IMG/VR virus record: IMGVR_UViG_3300020161_000978
Span: 1-26,022 of that record
Reading direction: 5' to 3' (one strand)
Length of the DNA: 26,022 nucleotides
Source of the DNA: a virus
Taxonomy: Duplodnaviria > Caudoviricetes
Shown here: positions 1-8,300 of the stretch, piece after piece
Layout: each line of letters starts with the position of its first letter
Position numbering within the stretch: the first letter of the stretch is position 1
Program-made: the position numbers and the translations under genes
The notes under the pieces: model-generated
Seen by the model: only the letters and a program-made list of their open reading frames with translations
Told to the model about the DNA's origin: nothing
The model's database searches: none

Positions 1-1
1 G

Positions 2-172
2 CGGGCGCAGGTGGAGCGACTACAGGCGTTCGCGGTCAAGCGTGAGCGCGTGCTCGATAAACTGCGGTGGGTTTCGCAGGAAGCAAGAGCGGCTGTCATG
101 CTTGGCTACACTGGGCCAAACCATGAAACGCTCCGCAAAGCGTTGGCGACGCTAATGGAGGACGAGCCATGA
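2..172 (+). CDS. 5'-truncated hypothetical phage protein (...RAQVERLQAF...LMEDEP*)
   Basis: Manual translation: the frame is open from position 2 to TGA at 170-172, which overlaps the ATG (169) of the next gene (ATGA coupling). Confidence 0.6.
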   Translation, partial: RAQVERLQAFAVKRERVLDKLRWVSQEARAAVMLGYTGPNHETLRKALATLMEDEP

Positions 173-723
173 CCTGTGCTGACTGTGGGGCCGAAGGTGC
201 CGACTGCCTCACGGCAGACCGCGTGCGCGTCTGTTCCGACTGTCTCTACGACCGTGTCGTAAAAGAGCGCGACGAGGCGCGCGCACAGCTCGCAGCCCTC
301 GACACTGGAGCCCCATGCGACGGGCACCGCCATTGCTGCGCGGACCGGCGCAGACTTGCCGACGAGCTGTTGCGAGTCCGAACGGAGCGCGACAACGCAC
401 AGCTGACGTTCGCGTCCTGCAACCGTGCCCGCCGGCTCGCCGAGGAAGAGTGCGACGCGCTGAAGGAAAAACATGCATCTAGCAAAAGGAGAAACATGCG
501 CCTAGCAAATAACCTAGTCGGAAGGCGCTTCGGAAGGCTGCTCGTCGTCATCGCGGCGAGCAATCCCGCTGGGCGCCTGCGCTGGGATTGCCTATGCGAT
601 TGCGGCGCGAGGCATCTCGTTGCGCCACGCAACCTTGTACAGGCCAGAGTGAAATCTTGCGGGTGTCTCCGCAGGGATAACTGTGCAAAGATAGGGAAAA
701 AGAAACATGGAACCGCAATCTAG
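169..723 (+). CDS. Cys-rich protein: N-terminal CxxC/coiled-coil region plus a C-terminal 'GRRFGRL...W.C.CDCG...SCGC' Zn-binding module of the type seen at the N-terminus of phage HNH/AP2-associated proteins
   Basis: GGAGG precedes the ATG. Motifs CADC, CSDC, 'LVGRRFGRLLV', 'WDCLCDCG', 'KSCGC'. No nuclease domain follows. Confidence 0.65.
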   Translation: MTCADCGAEGADCLTADRVRVCSDCLYDRVVKERDEARAQLAALDTGAPCDGHRHCCADRRRLADELLRVRTERDNAQLTFASCNRARRLAEEECDALKEKHASSKRRNMRLANNLVGRRFGRLLVVIAASNPAGRLRWDCLCDCGARHLVAPRNLVQARVKSCGCLRRDNCAKIGKKKHGTAI

Positions 724-880
724 TTTTGTAGAATGGCGCTGCGCGGTGTGCAACCGCGTGGAAAAGACCGAAACTTTCGGTGTGCCGATGAGCACGCTAT
801 GGCCGAAGGGCTGGCGACAAATGCGCGACCGATTTGGCCGCGTCGAATGCGTCTCGTGCGCAAGCAAGGCAAACCCATGA
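707..880 (+). CDS. 57-aa putative zinc-finger protein (MEPQSSFVEWRCAVC...ECVSCASKANP), absent from the ORF track
   Basis: Manual translation: two CxxC pairs. Its TGA overlaps the next ATG at 877. Confidence 0.65.
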   Translation: MEPQSSFVEWRCAVCNRVEKTETFGVPMSTLWPKGWRQMRDRFGRVECVSCASKANP

Positions 881-1107
881 GCGATTCAATCAAGAGAATT
901 CTGCCAGGCGGCAAGGTCGTCACGTCTCTCAGCGCGTTCGCCGAAGGCTGGCGACTCGCCATGGTGCCCATTCTCAGCGCAAGCGGCTGGAAGCTGCACA
1001 GCTTTTCAAGCGATGGCGTGAAGCTCGTCTCGCCCGACTCGAAAAAGACGCAGGTTCTTTCACGTGAGTTTGTTGAGGCAATTTCCGTGATGCTGGAGAC
1101 AAATTGA
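877..1107 (+). CDS. 76-aa hypothetical protein (MSDSIKRILPGG...)
   Basis: 3' part of track ORF 733..1107. Start reassigned to 877 because of the ATGA overlap with the preceding gene. Confidence 0.6.
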   Translation: MSDSIKRILPGGKVVTSLSAFAEGWRLAMVPILSASGWKLHSFSSDGVKLVSPDSKKTQVLSREFVEAISVMLETN

Positions 1108-1115
1108 CAGGATTG

Positions 1116-1144
1116 TTGACCGTAACGATTCTTACGCGTAAGGT
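1116..1144 (+). promoter_or_regulatory. Sigma70-type promoter TTGACC-N17-TAAGGT with an overlapping perfect palindrome CTTACGCGTAAG (1131-1142), a candidate operator
   Basis: The -35 box (1116-1121), 17-bp spacer and -10 box (1139-1144) are read directly. The predicted +1 falls at about the ATG at 1151. Confidence 0.55.
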
Positions 1145-1150
1145 CTCGAC

Positions 1151-1285
1151 ATGATCAAAATCGGCGGACGGGCGGCAACGCTCAAGGAAATTCAAGAGTT
1201 CTTGCTGCATATCGAGACGCACGGAGGAAGCCGCGAGACGGCGGATCTTCTTCGCGCCTGCCTGCGAATGCGCGGTGTCTCGTGA
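1151..1285 (+). CDS. 44-aa hypothetical protein (MIKIGGRAATLKEIQEFLLHIE...RGVS), possibly leaderless
   Basis: Manual translation. Lies directly after the promoter and is coupled (GTGA) to the next ORF. Confidence 0.55.
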   Translation: MIKIGGRAATLKEIQEFLLHIETHGGSRETADLLRACLRMRGVS

Positions 1286-1374
1286 GTACCGACGAGCTTG
1301 CGATTTATGCAAGTTGGGTGGGGCTCGCAATCGTCGGGATTCTCTCGATGGTTCCTTTTGTTTTCATGGGATAA
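1282..1374 (+). CDS. 30-aa single-pass membrane peptide (MSTDELAIYASWVGLAIVGILSMVPFVFMG)
   Basis: The GTG start overlaps the upstream TGA. About 24 consecutive uncharged residues. Ends 5 nt before the next ATG. Confidence 0.5.
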   Translation: MSTDELAIYASWVGLAIVGILSMVPFVFMG

Positions 1375-1379
1375 TTATT

Positions 1380-1664
1380 ATGGCATCTTCAAAAATCATG
1401 GTCGCAGGTCGTAATGGGGCGGTTCGCCCCGAACTCATTGAGGCGCTTGCCGCCGCTATTGGCGACGGCGCACGCAGCCGCAACGAGCTCGTTGAAGCGC
1501 TCCAGCGCGAAGGCTACGGGCTTGCGCGCTCGTCGGTCTCGCTCTTGATTCGCTTCGCGGTTCGCTCCGGACGAATCCGGATGCAAGGCGCAACCAAGGG
1601 GGCGCGCTACGTTGCCGGAACGGCAAAGCCGCTTGTCATGGCGGAAGCCAAAGCCGCGGAATAA
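1380..1664 (+). CDS. 94-aa basic, probable winged-helix DNA-binding protein
   Basis: 3' part of track ORF 1275..1664. The pattern 'SRNELVEAL...LARSSVSLLIRFAVRSGRIRMQG...ARYV' fits HTH plus wing. Confidence 0.55.
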   Translation: MASSKIMVAGRNGAVRPELIEALAAAIGDGARSRNELVEALQREGYGLARSSVSLLIRFAVRSGRIRMQGATKGARYVAGTAKPLVMAEAKAAE

Positions 1665-1681
1665 CCAAGCGCGGTTTTTTT
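1650..1681 (+). terminator. Putative Rho-independent terminator
   Basis: AAAGCCGCG...CGCGGTTTT stem with an 11-nt loop and a T7 run, spanning the stop of the wHTH gene. Confidence 0.5.
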
Positions 1682-1796
1682 CCGTGCATCTTCTAGCGTG
1701 GCGTGCCACGCTGCCGTTTCCGCATACTGCGGGACTTGATCGCCTACGCTGCCCCAAATACCAGCGTGGGCGCTCTTGTTTGCAGAGCGCTCTTGT

Positions 1797-2609
1797 TTAA
1801 CGCATCATGAGGCGGAACGCCCATCGCAGGAGGCGCAGCCACCAGGGGAGCGCGACGACGGGGAGCGGCTCGCCGACCCGAGGGAGCGCGACGGGTGCGA
1901 CGGGAGGAGGCGCAACGGGCGGCGCTGGTGGCTCGTGGCGCTCGTTCTCGGCGTCAACCGGGGGCAACGATGCGGCCATCGTCAGGGGCTCAGGGACGGG
2001 CACGCTAGGCGTCTCATCGGCGGGGAGCGATCGGTCGTACTCTTTTGCCAAGCTTGACACGTTGCGCGCGTAATCGTCCGGGTCGCCGGAGTAGTACCCG
2101 GCAACGCGGAGCGCTCGCGAGTAGTCGCCGGCCTTGCCGGCCATGGCGAGGAAAACCGCTGCGCGGTAGCGCTTGCCGAGCAAAAAGCGAACGTGTGACT
2201 CCATCGCCACGTCGAGGGTCTCGTACGCGCGAAAGCGATTCATCGGATGCTTGCCGGAGAAGCGCAGAATCCAGAGCCCTTTCGCGTCGGTGCCCGTGTG
2301 CTCAACCTTCGCCCCTTCGGGCACGCGCGCAAGGTACTCGGCGGAGGCCGCAGGCGAGAAGTGCTCCGTCGTGGCGAAATGCTGCCAGCAGCCATCCCAA
2401 TTCGAGCCGCATTTTACGCCGCCTAAATTGTAATTCATGCTCGCCTTAAATCGGCCCGTCTCTAGGGCCATTTGCCCGACGAGAATCATGGCACCTGCGC
2501 GCGTGACCTGCTCGCGACCTAGCTGAGCATCTAGCTGGAGACGAAGAGCAAGGTAAACTTCAGCCGGTGACACCGGCGTCGCCTTAGCAGGAAGCTCGCG
2601 CGGCGTCAC
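1797..2609 (-). CDS. Endolysin, GH73 (glucosaminidase/FlgJ-like) domain plus Pro-rich linker and cationic amphipathic C-terminus
   Basis: GH73-type motifs 'GQMALETG', 'NLGGVK', 'T.E', 'FRAY', 'RY', 'AGYYSGDPDDY'. Last gene of the late operon. Confidence 0.8.
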   Translation of the reverse strand: MTPRELPAKATPVSPAEVYLALRLQLDAQLGREQVTRAGAMILVGQMALETGRFKASMNYNLGGVKCGSNWDGCWQHFATTEHFSPAASAEYLARVPEGAKVEHTGTDAKGLWILRFSGKHPMNRFRAYETLDVAMESHVRFLLGKRYRAAVFLAMAGKAGDYSRALRVAGYYSGDPDDYARNVSSLAKEYDRSLPADETPSVPVPEPLTMAASLPPVDAENERHEPPAPPVAPPPVAPVALPRVGEPLPVVALPWWLRLLRWAFRLMMR

Positions 2610-2890
2610 GGCGCGTTAATCTCGTCGATGAGCTGCTGCAACGTGTCGCGCGAAGCGCTGGCTGGCGATGCATCGGCAATCATGCGGAGCTGCGTGCGCA
2701 AAACGGCATCTTCGCGCGCCGCAAGAATGAATCTTGCGCGCAGCTCGGCGTCGCTGTCGGTCAGCGCCGCAAACGCTCGAAAAGACGCGGATTCCGGGAG
2801 ATACTTCCCGCCGGTTGCGAGCGATTGCCAAAGGCTGCGAAGGATGTTGCAGAATTCAAGCAGCGTGGTCGCTGTTACCAGCGAGCTCAT
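2606..2890 (-). CDS. 94-aa hypothetical protein in the lysis cassette (MSSLVTATTLLEF...)
   Basis: 3' part of track ORF 2606..3091. Start set at 2890 by ATGA overlap; also GTGA-coupled to the endolysin. Confidence 0.6.
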   Translation of the reverse strand: MSSLVTATTLLEFCNILRSLWQSLATGGKYLPESASFRAFAALTDSDAELRARFILAAREDAVLRTQLRMIADASPASASRDTLQQLIDEINAP

Positions 2891-3123
2891 CGCGTTACCT
2901 CGTCTTTGCAGCTTCCTTCTGCGAGCGCGGTGCGAACGCTGCCGTAGGCAGACGCGCACGCGATAAGGAGCGTAGGATCGTGGCGCGCGAGACCAACGGC
3001 GGCGCAGTCGGTATCGAGCGCGACCGCCGCAGCAACCACCGAGCGGCATTGCGCTCCAGCTCCGCAGCCAACGCAACAAAAAGCAAGGCAAGCCAAGGCG
3101 ACCATTCGACGAGCATGGTTCAT
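2887..3123 (-). CDS. 78-aa putative lipoprotein, o-spanin candidate
   Basis: MNHARR, a hydrophobic stretch and a lipobox-like CVGC; four further Cys in the mature part. ATGA-coupled on both sides. Confidence 0.55.
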   Translation of the reverse strand: MNHARRMVALACLAFCCVGCGAGAQCRSVVAAAVALDTDCAAVGLARHDPTLLIACASAYGSVRTALAEGSCKDEVTR

Positions 3124-3326
3124 TCTTTCCCCGCTACTTGCTTCAGTGCGTTGAGAGCCTTTGCGCCGTCGAGACCAAGCGCGCTCACGAGGCGCACCAC
3201 GCCTGCGAGGCGCGGGTTGCGCTCTGCCCACGCCCACCACGCATCGGGTGAGCGGAATCGGAAGAGCGCGTTAATGATCGCGGTTACGATCGGCCACGCA
3301 AGCGCGGCCCATGCGGGGATCGTCAT
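3120..3326 (-). CDS. 68-aa membrane protein, holin candidate
   Basis: Hydrophobic N-terminus, basic C-terminus, located upstream of the endolysin. Confidence 0.5.
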   Translation of the reverse strand: MTIPAWAALAWPIVTAIINALFRFRSPDAWWAWAERNPRLAGVVRLVSALGLDGAKALNALKQVAGKE

Positions 3327-3526
3327 TTTGCGGCCTTCGATCGGAGCACAGCTAGTTCGACCTCGTGCGCCTGTACGGCGGCGTGAAGGGCCGAAATGTC
3401 GATCCTGGCGCTGTCCACCGTTTTCTGAAGCGATTCGAGCTGCGCGCTAATGCGCGAAGCCCACCAAACCGCTGCAAACGCTTGGAAAAGCGTCGTGACG
3501 ACTAGCGCCAGGATCGCGGGATTCAC
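3323..3526 (-). CDS. 67-aa protein with N-terminal TM helix and coiled coil (holin-like or i-spanin-like)
   Basis: MNPAILALVVTTLFQAFAAVWW followed by a heptad-like segment. Coupled to both neighbours. Confidence 0.55.
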   Translation of the reverse strand: MNPAILALVVTTLFQAFAAVWWASRISAQLESLQKTVDSARIDISALHAAVQAHEVELAVLRSKAAK

Positions 3527-3693
3527 AGCGCGTCGCTCGGTGGAGCTTCCGGCGGCGCGAGACTGAGCTTGAGCGCCTCGGCGAGCTTCACCGCTTCAAG
3601 CACCACGGGGGCGTCAGAAAGCAGGAAAATCCCTGACTTCTGCGCAGCGTGAGCGACGTTGATCAAAACCTGAATAGACTCTGCGTTCGTCAT
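3523..3693 (-). CDS. 56-aa hypothetical protein (MTNAESIQVLINVAHAAQKSG...), absent from the ORF track
   Basis: Manual translation. AAGGCGG lies upstream of the ATG; the ORF fills the gap and its TGA overlaps the next GTG. Confidence 0.7.
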   Translation of the reverse strand: MTNAESIQVLINVAHAAQKSGIFLLSDAPVVLEAVKLAEALKLSLAPPEAPPSDAL

Positions 3694-3707
3694 GGGTCCG
3701 CCTTAGC

Positions 3708-5360
3708 TCATTTCCCCATTACGGTCCACGCATTGTTCAAATTAACGACCATGTATTTAATTCCGCCTCCACCATCTGCGCCGAGTACCGTTTGACCCCA
3801 CACGTGCGCAACAAGCGTATCGTTCACGTATGCGATGCGACCGTCTAGCCCCGGAGCAATAGCGGGCAAGGTTGCACAACCATACAATTTCGGCGGATAA
3901 AATGACGTGCTCGGGCTGAGATCAGTTAGTCCCGTTTGAACGCCGTCAATAAACCTAGTCCGCGCCGCAGAAAGGTTAATTGCCGTCCCGTTTGTAATGT
4001 TGCATTTGTCAAATGTTGCGTCCTGACCGCGAACATTTACGTAATACAATGTGCAATTCAAAAACCTAGTCCTAGCACTTGTTGTATCTACAAGTGAATT
4101 TGTATCAATAAAACAGTTTTCAATTGTTGCATCGTTTGAATTTGCAACAAAAATTGACTGAATTGTCGTCGTCGCATTGTTCCCACTAAGCGAACAATTG
4201 CTCAGCACTACGTTATCAGACGTGCCGGCTGTACCTCGGATGTAAACGTTCTTTGTCGTGGCATAACCCGTCGAGGTCTCGATTCGGCAGTTGACAAAAT
4301 TGCATTGCTTGGCGTCAATCAATTCGACGTTACACCCGGTGTTAAACGCAATATGAGCGCCGACAACCGAAACCCCGAGCGGAGCCGTGGAGCCTTCCGC
4401 CGTGATGAGGATGCCGTCAAACGTGTTCGTGACGAACTCGCCGCCGTTGACGTTGCACGCCAGCGAGCCGGGGCCGAAACAGATGCCGCAACCAGTGTTA
4501 TTGTATGAATGAACTGACGAGATGTCTACCGTCGAGCAATGGTCTACCCTAAGCCCGTCGCTGCCGCAGGAGTACAGCGCCACGCGCTCGATGGTCGAAA
4601 AGAACGTGTAAGTACACAGAATCCCGAACGTGGTTCCTGCACGCCCTTGGATGGCAAGGTCGCAAATGCGAATGTTAAAGTTTCCAATGAAGCCGTTGCC
4701 CGTGCTGGTAATCCCTGGTCCGGAGCCTTCATTCTTGATGATGGTCTTTCCCTTGCCTGCGCCGCGCAGCGTCTTACCGATTGAGAAAAGGACCGTCAAC
4801 GACGCTGTGATTTTGTAAGTTCCCTCGGGAAAATACACATCTTGCGCCGCATCGATGGCGTTTTGAATCGGCACCGTCACATCGTACGTCAGCGTTCGCG
4901 CCTGAACGTCGGCAATCTGGTCCGGCGTCATGTAGTCGAAAACCGACACCGCATCGCGCATCTTTGCTTGAGCCGTCCGCGTGACGGCAAGCGCTCCAGC
5001 GGCGAGGAAGTTAACCCTATCGCCAGGAACTTGCCCCGTGATGCAGCTAAACGGGATACTGCCTACGCTCGTCAACGCCGAATAAATCAGCGAATTCGTC
5101 TTGTCGCATACGCGGATCGAATAATCGTCCGCGTTGACGTAGACTTTAGACGGCGTGCCGTTTTGCGAAATGTAGCCGTTAATCGTGCGAAGCGGCTGCA
5201 CAGCGGAAATGCTGAGCGCCGAATCCCAGTAGAGCAGCACCGGGTTTGTCTGCGGGTCAAGATTCGCTGTGCCAATGTAAATGTAGCCATCTTCCAGCGC
5301 CGAACCATCGGAGCCTTGAAAGACGGGAAACGGCTCGCTTACTGAAAATGGGGTGCTCAT
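3708..5360 (-). CDS. Tailspike: P22-type head-binding N-terminal domain, beta-helix (pectate-lyase-3-like) body and small C-terminal knob
   Basis: 'DGYIYIGTANLDPQTNP', neck 'TRTAQAKMRDAVSVFDY', 'IQNAIDA..VYFPEGTYKI', and Asn/Cys/Gly ladder repeats. Confidence 0.85.
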   Translation of the reverse strand: MSTPFSVSEPFPVFQGSDGSALEDGYIYIGTANLDPQTNPVLLYWDSALSISAVQPLRTINGYISQNGTPSKVYVNADDYSIRVCDKTNSLIYSALTSVGSIPFSCITGQVPGDRVNFLAAGALAVTRTAQAKMRDAVSVFDYMTPDQIADVQARTLTYDVTVPIQNAIDAAQDVYFPEGTYKITASLTVLFSIGKTLRGAGKGKTIIKNEGSGPGITSTGNGFIGNFNIRICDLAIQGRAGTTFGILCTYTFFSTIERVALYSCGSDGLRVDHCSTVDISSVHSYNNTGCGICFGPGSLACNVNGGEFVTNTFDGILITAEGSTAPLGVSVVGAHIAFNTGCNVELIDAKQCNFVNCRIETSTGYATTKNVYIRGTAGTSDNVVLSNCSLSGNNATTTIQSIFVANSNDATIENCFIDTNSLVDTTSARTRFLNCTLYYVNVRGQDATFDKCNITNGTAINLSAARTRFIDGVQTGLTDLSPSTSFYPPKLYGCATLPAIAPGLDGRIAYVNDTLVAHVWGQTVLGADGGGGIKYMVVNLNNAWTVMGK

Positions 5361-8300
5361 TTGTTACCTTTGATCACGACGGACGGGGCTTGCGCTGTAG
5401 CTTCAATTCCAGTCTCGGGGTTAAGTATTTTGAAATCTCCGCTTTTAATCATTTTTTTGATACGTTCTGAACCTCCGTTTGCGCGGATTGCTTCAAACCC
5501 TTTGTCGAGCGCTTTTTTAGCTGAAGATGTAGCAACTCCGCTCACGCCCATACCCGTTTTCTTTTCTGCGGTTCGCCATCCGTCGGGAGCTTTCCACGCC
5601 AGCAATTCGACACCCGGCATGGATTTTTTTGTGTAAATCCGTGATTCAATGACGGAAATACCGTCTTTATCATCTCTAATTCCAACGTTATAATTAGCAG
5701 AAGAAGACGACCTAATCGTTTTTTCGCCTTCAAGAGAAATCTTCTCGTTGTGAATTCTTGCTTGTTCAGCCTGTTCGACTGCTTTAGCTTCTTCAACGGC
5801 TTTTTGCTTTACAGCGTTGGCAGCTTCATTAACTTTGTATTCGGCATGAACTTTTGCCGCCACATTTTTAGCGGCTTTGTTGGCGCCCCAAAGTCTTCCC
5901 TCGCCTGAAGAATTCACGATTTCTGCGATTTTTTTGGCAAAGACTTTCGGGGCTCTTTCGCCGTTCTCTGTCATGTATTTTTCGCCGTGATCGGTCATTC
6001 CATGAATGCCGCTTTCAAGATGCACTTGGTCATCTATCCAGAAAGCCGGCTTGTCGCCTTCGTCTGCAACAATCTTGGCAAGCTGCTTGTTTCGTCTGCC
6101 TTGGATTTGTTCTTTGATTGCATACACAATCGGATCAACGGTTGCCTTGTACTGCTCTATCTGTGCAGCGACTCTTTCCGAAGATGCTTGGTCATAAGGG
6201 GTTAGAAATTTGGCGTGAGCTTGCCGCAAGCTGAAAAGCAGGTCTTTTGACGCTTCGTGCGCAGTTTCGCTAGTGCTGCCGGGATCATCAATTATGTAGT
6301 CACCGGCTGGAGTCGTCTTTAGAAACTTCTTTTGATGCCCCCCGATTTGCTCAGGCATCATGTCTTTTGGAACAATAAACTTTGCAGAAAACGTGCCGTC
6401 GGTGTGCTGCTTCACAACAGTCTTAACTTGAGCTTCGGCTTTTGTTGTCTCAGCTTCAACCGCTGGAGCCTTCGCCGTTTCACGCTCAAGCAATTTGATA
6501 GCTTCAGTTGGGTTGTCCAAAACAAGCCTATTGATATGTTCAACAACTGCTTTTTTGTCAAGACCATGCTTCAAAGCGGTTCTTGACGCTAATTGGTCGC
6601 CGTACTTCAGGTTGAGTTCTTCCGCAGCCTTTTTGTCAACAGCGCTTTGAGCGCGACCCTCGCGAATGGATTGCTCTGCCTCTTGACGTTGCACCTTCAA
6701 ATGTCGATCAATTTGGGCGTCCGTAATTCCTCGTTTTGATAGAGGAAGATTAAGTTCACCATGATCGAATGGTCTTGCCGTGGCTTTGATGCCGGCTGCA
6801 TTGTCTAGCGCGTCTGCCCGTTTGCGCAGATTTTCAGCGTCTTGGCGGAAGGCTTTTGGTTTCATCCCGCCTTCTGCAAGCCTATCCAGCTCAGCAGCTT
6901 GCCGACGAAGGCTTACTTGTTCAAGCGGTTGAGGATGGCTCGGAGCGGGCATTCCTCCTTCTCCAAACAATTTTTCGCTCAAACGCTTTTCTGCCGCATC
7001 CCTTGATGTTTTAGACATTTTGCCAGATGGCGAAGAAAGCGCGATTGCGTCGCTCATCGTGTCATAGGTGCGCTCTGGAAGCGGCTTTGCCGTGGCTTCA
7101 ATGCTGGCTGGCTTGGAAGCGGCGGTGGGCTTATCGCGAAGCTTCATTTGCGCCCGCGCCCATCCTTGCGCGAATGCGTCGTGTATCTTCTGCTCATTCG
7201 CCGGAACGCCCGGTTGTCGATTTGGAAGCGGGAGCCCCGGCTTTTCGTTAGCCGCTTCAAATCCTCTACGAAACCAATTCGCCTCTATCTTCGTCTTGAA
7301 CGACACGCGCGGCTTTCCATTGGATTTAGTTGGAGCGTACAGCAATTCGTCTATTGCACCGTCTATTTCCGCCCGTGTCATCTTCGCTCCGGTCTCGGCA
7401 GCAGGCTTCACCTGCTTAACCGCCGGGGCCTTAGACTTAGCTTCCGCCTTCCTTGCGGCGGCCATCTCAACAAGAGCCTTGACCTCTGCGGCTTTCGACG
7501 CGCGGGCATTCTCAAACTTGGCTAGCGGCGTCTCCGTCGCTGGCAATTGGATTGCTTCAGCGCCCGCAGGAGAAGCTTTCTTGGCTTTGGCTTCCATCAC
7601 GAGGCGCTTGTTCTCTGCTGCCTTTGCGGCTTTGGCCGAAGATTCGGAAACCTCGGGAAGAAGCTTCATCGCCGCGGCGGCGGGCGTTGCGGCTGCTGCT
7701 GGCTTTTCCTTGGCGACCGCCGGGACGTTTTCAAGCGCTTTCGCCAAGTCTTCCGGGTGCGTCTGCTTGAGTACTTCCTTTAGGTGTTCGGGCATGTGGC
7801 CGAAACCAAGGCTGCGAGCCACGTAGCGCGCTTGCGAGTCGGTTAGCGCGTTGACTTTGGCAACGTTAGCCTTTTGCACGGCAGCCTCTGCGCGCGCGGC
7901 AGCGGGGGCCACAGGGGCGGCGTCTTTCGCATAAGGCGGAGCGATGCCTTCTGACGCAAACGGGCTAGGCGGCTTCTTAACGATTCCGTTCGTTGCCAAC
8001 GGGCTAGATTTAACCCCAGGCGGGTAGGCGGCAGGAACCGGCTTCCCAGGCGGAGCGATGCCTACTGAGCCGAACGTGTTAACTGGTGGCGCGATGCCTT
8101 CTGACGCAAATGGGCTAAGCGGACGCTTCGCAATGGCGGCAGCGACGGGAGCCGCAACAGGTGCCGGCGCAACGGCTGGTGCCGCTGGCGCGATTGCCGG
8201 CGCAACAGGAGGCGCAACGGCTGGCGCTGGGGCGTGAACAACAGCCGCCGGGGGCGCAACGGCTGGTGCCGCTGGCGGTGCCGTAGGCGGGGCGTGCGGC

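Noticed and set aside
733-876. Track start of the 124-aa ORF at 733
   Set aside because: This region is better explained by the 57-aa CxxC ORF (707-880) with a coupled start at 877.
1104-1109. Perfect TTGACA at 1104
   Set aside because: No acceptable -10 box at 16-18 bp; the TTGACC at 1116 fits better.
2734-3450. 238-aa plus-strand ORF and other long antisense ORFs (e.g. 7068..7826, 18285..18890)
   Set aside because: They overlap well-coupled minus-strand genes and are expected in GC-rich DNA.
7934-8290. Repeats as a CRISPR array or DGR template/variable repeat pair
   Set aside because: They are in-frame coding repeats with irregular spacing; no cas or reverse transcriptase gene and no adenine-specific mismatch pattern was seen.
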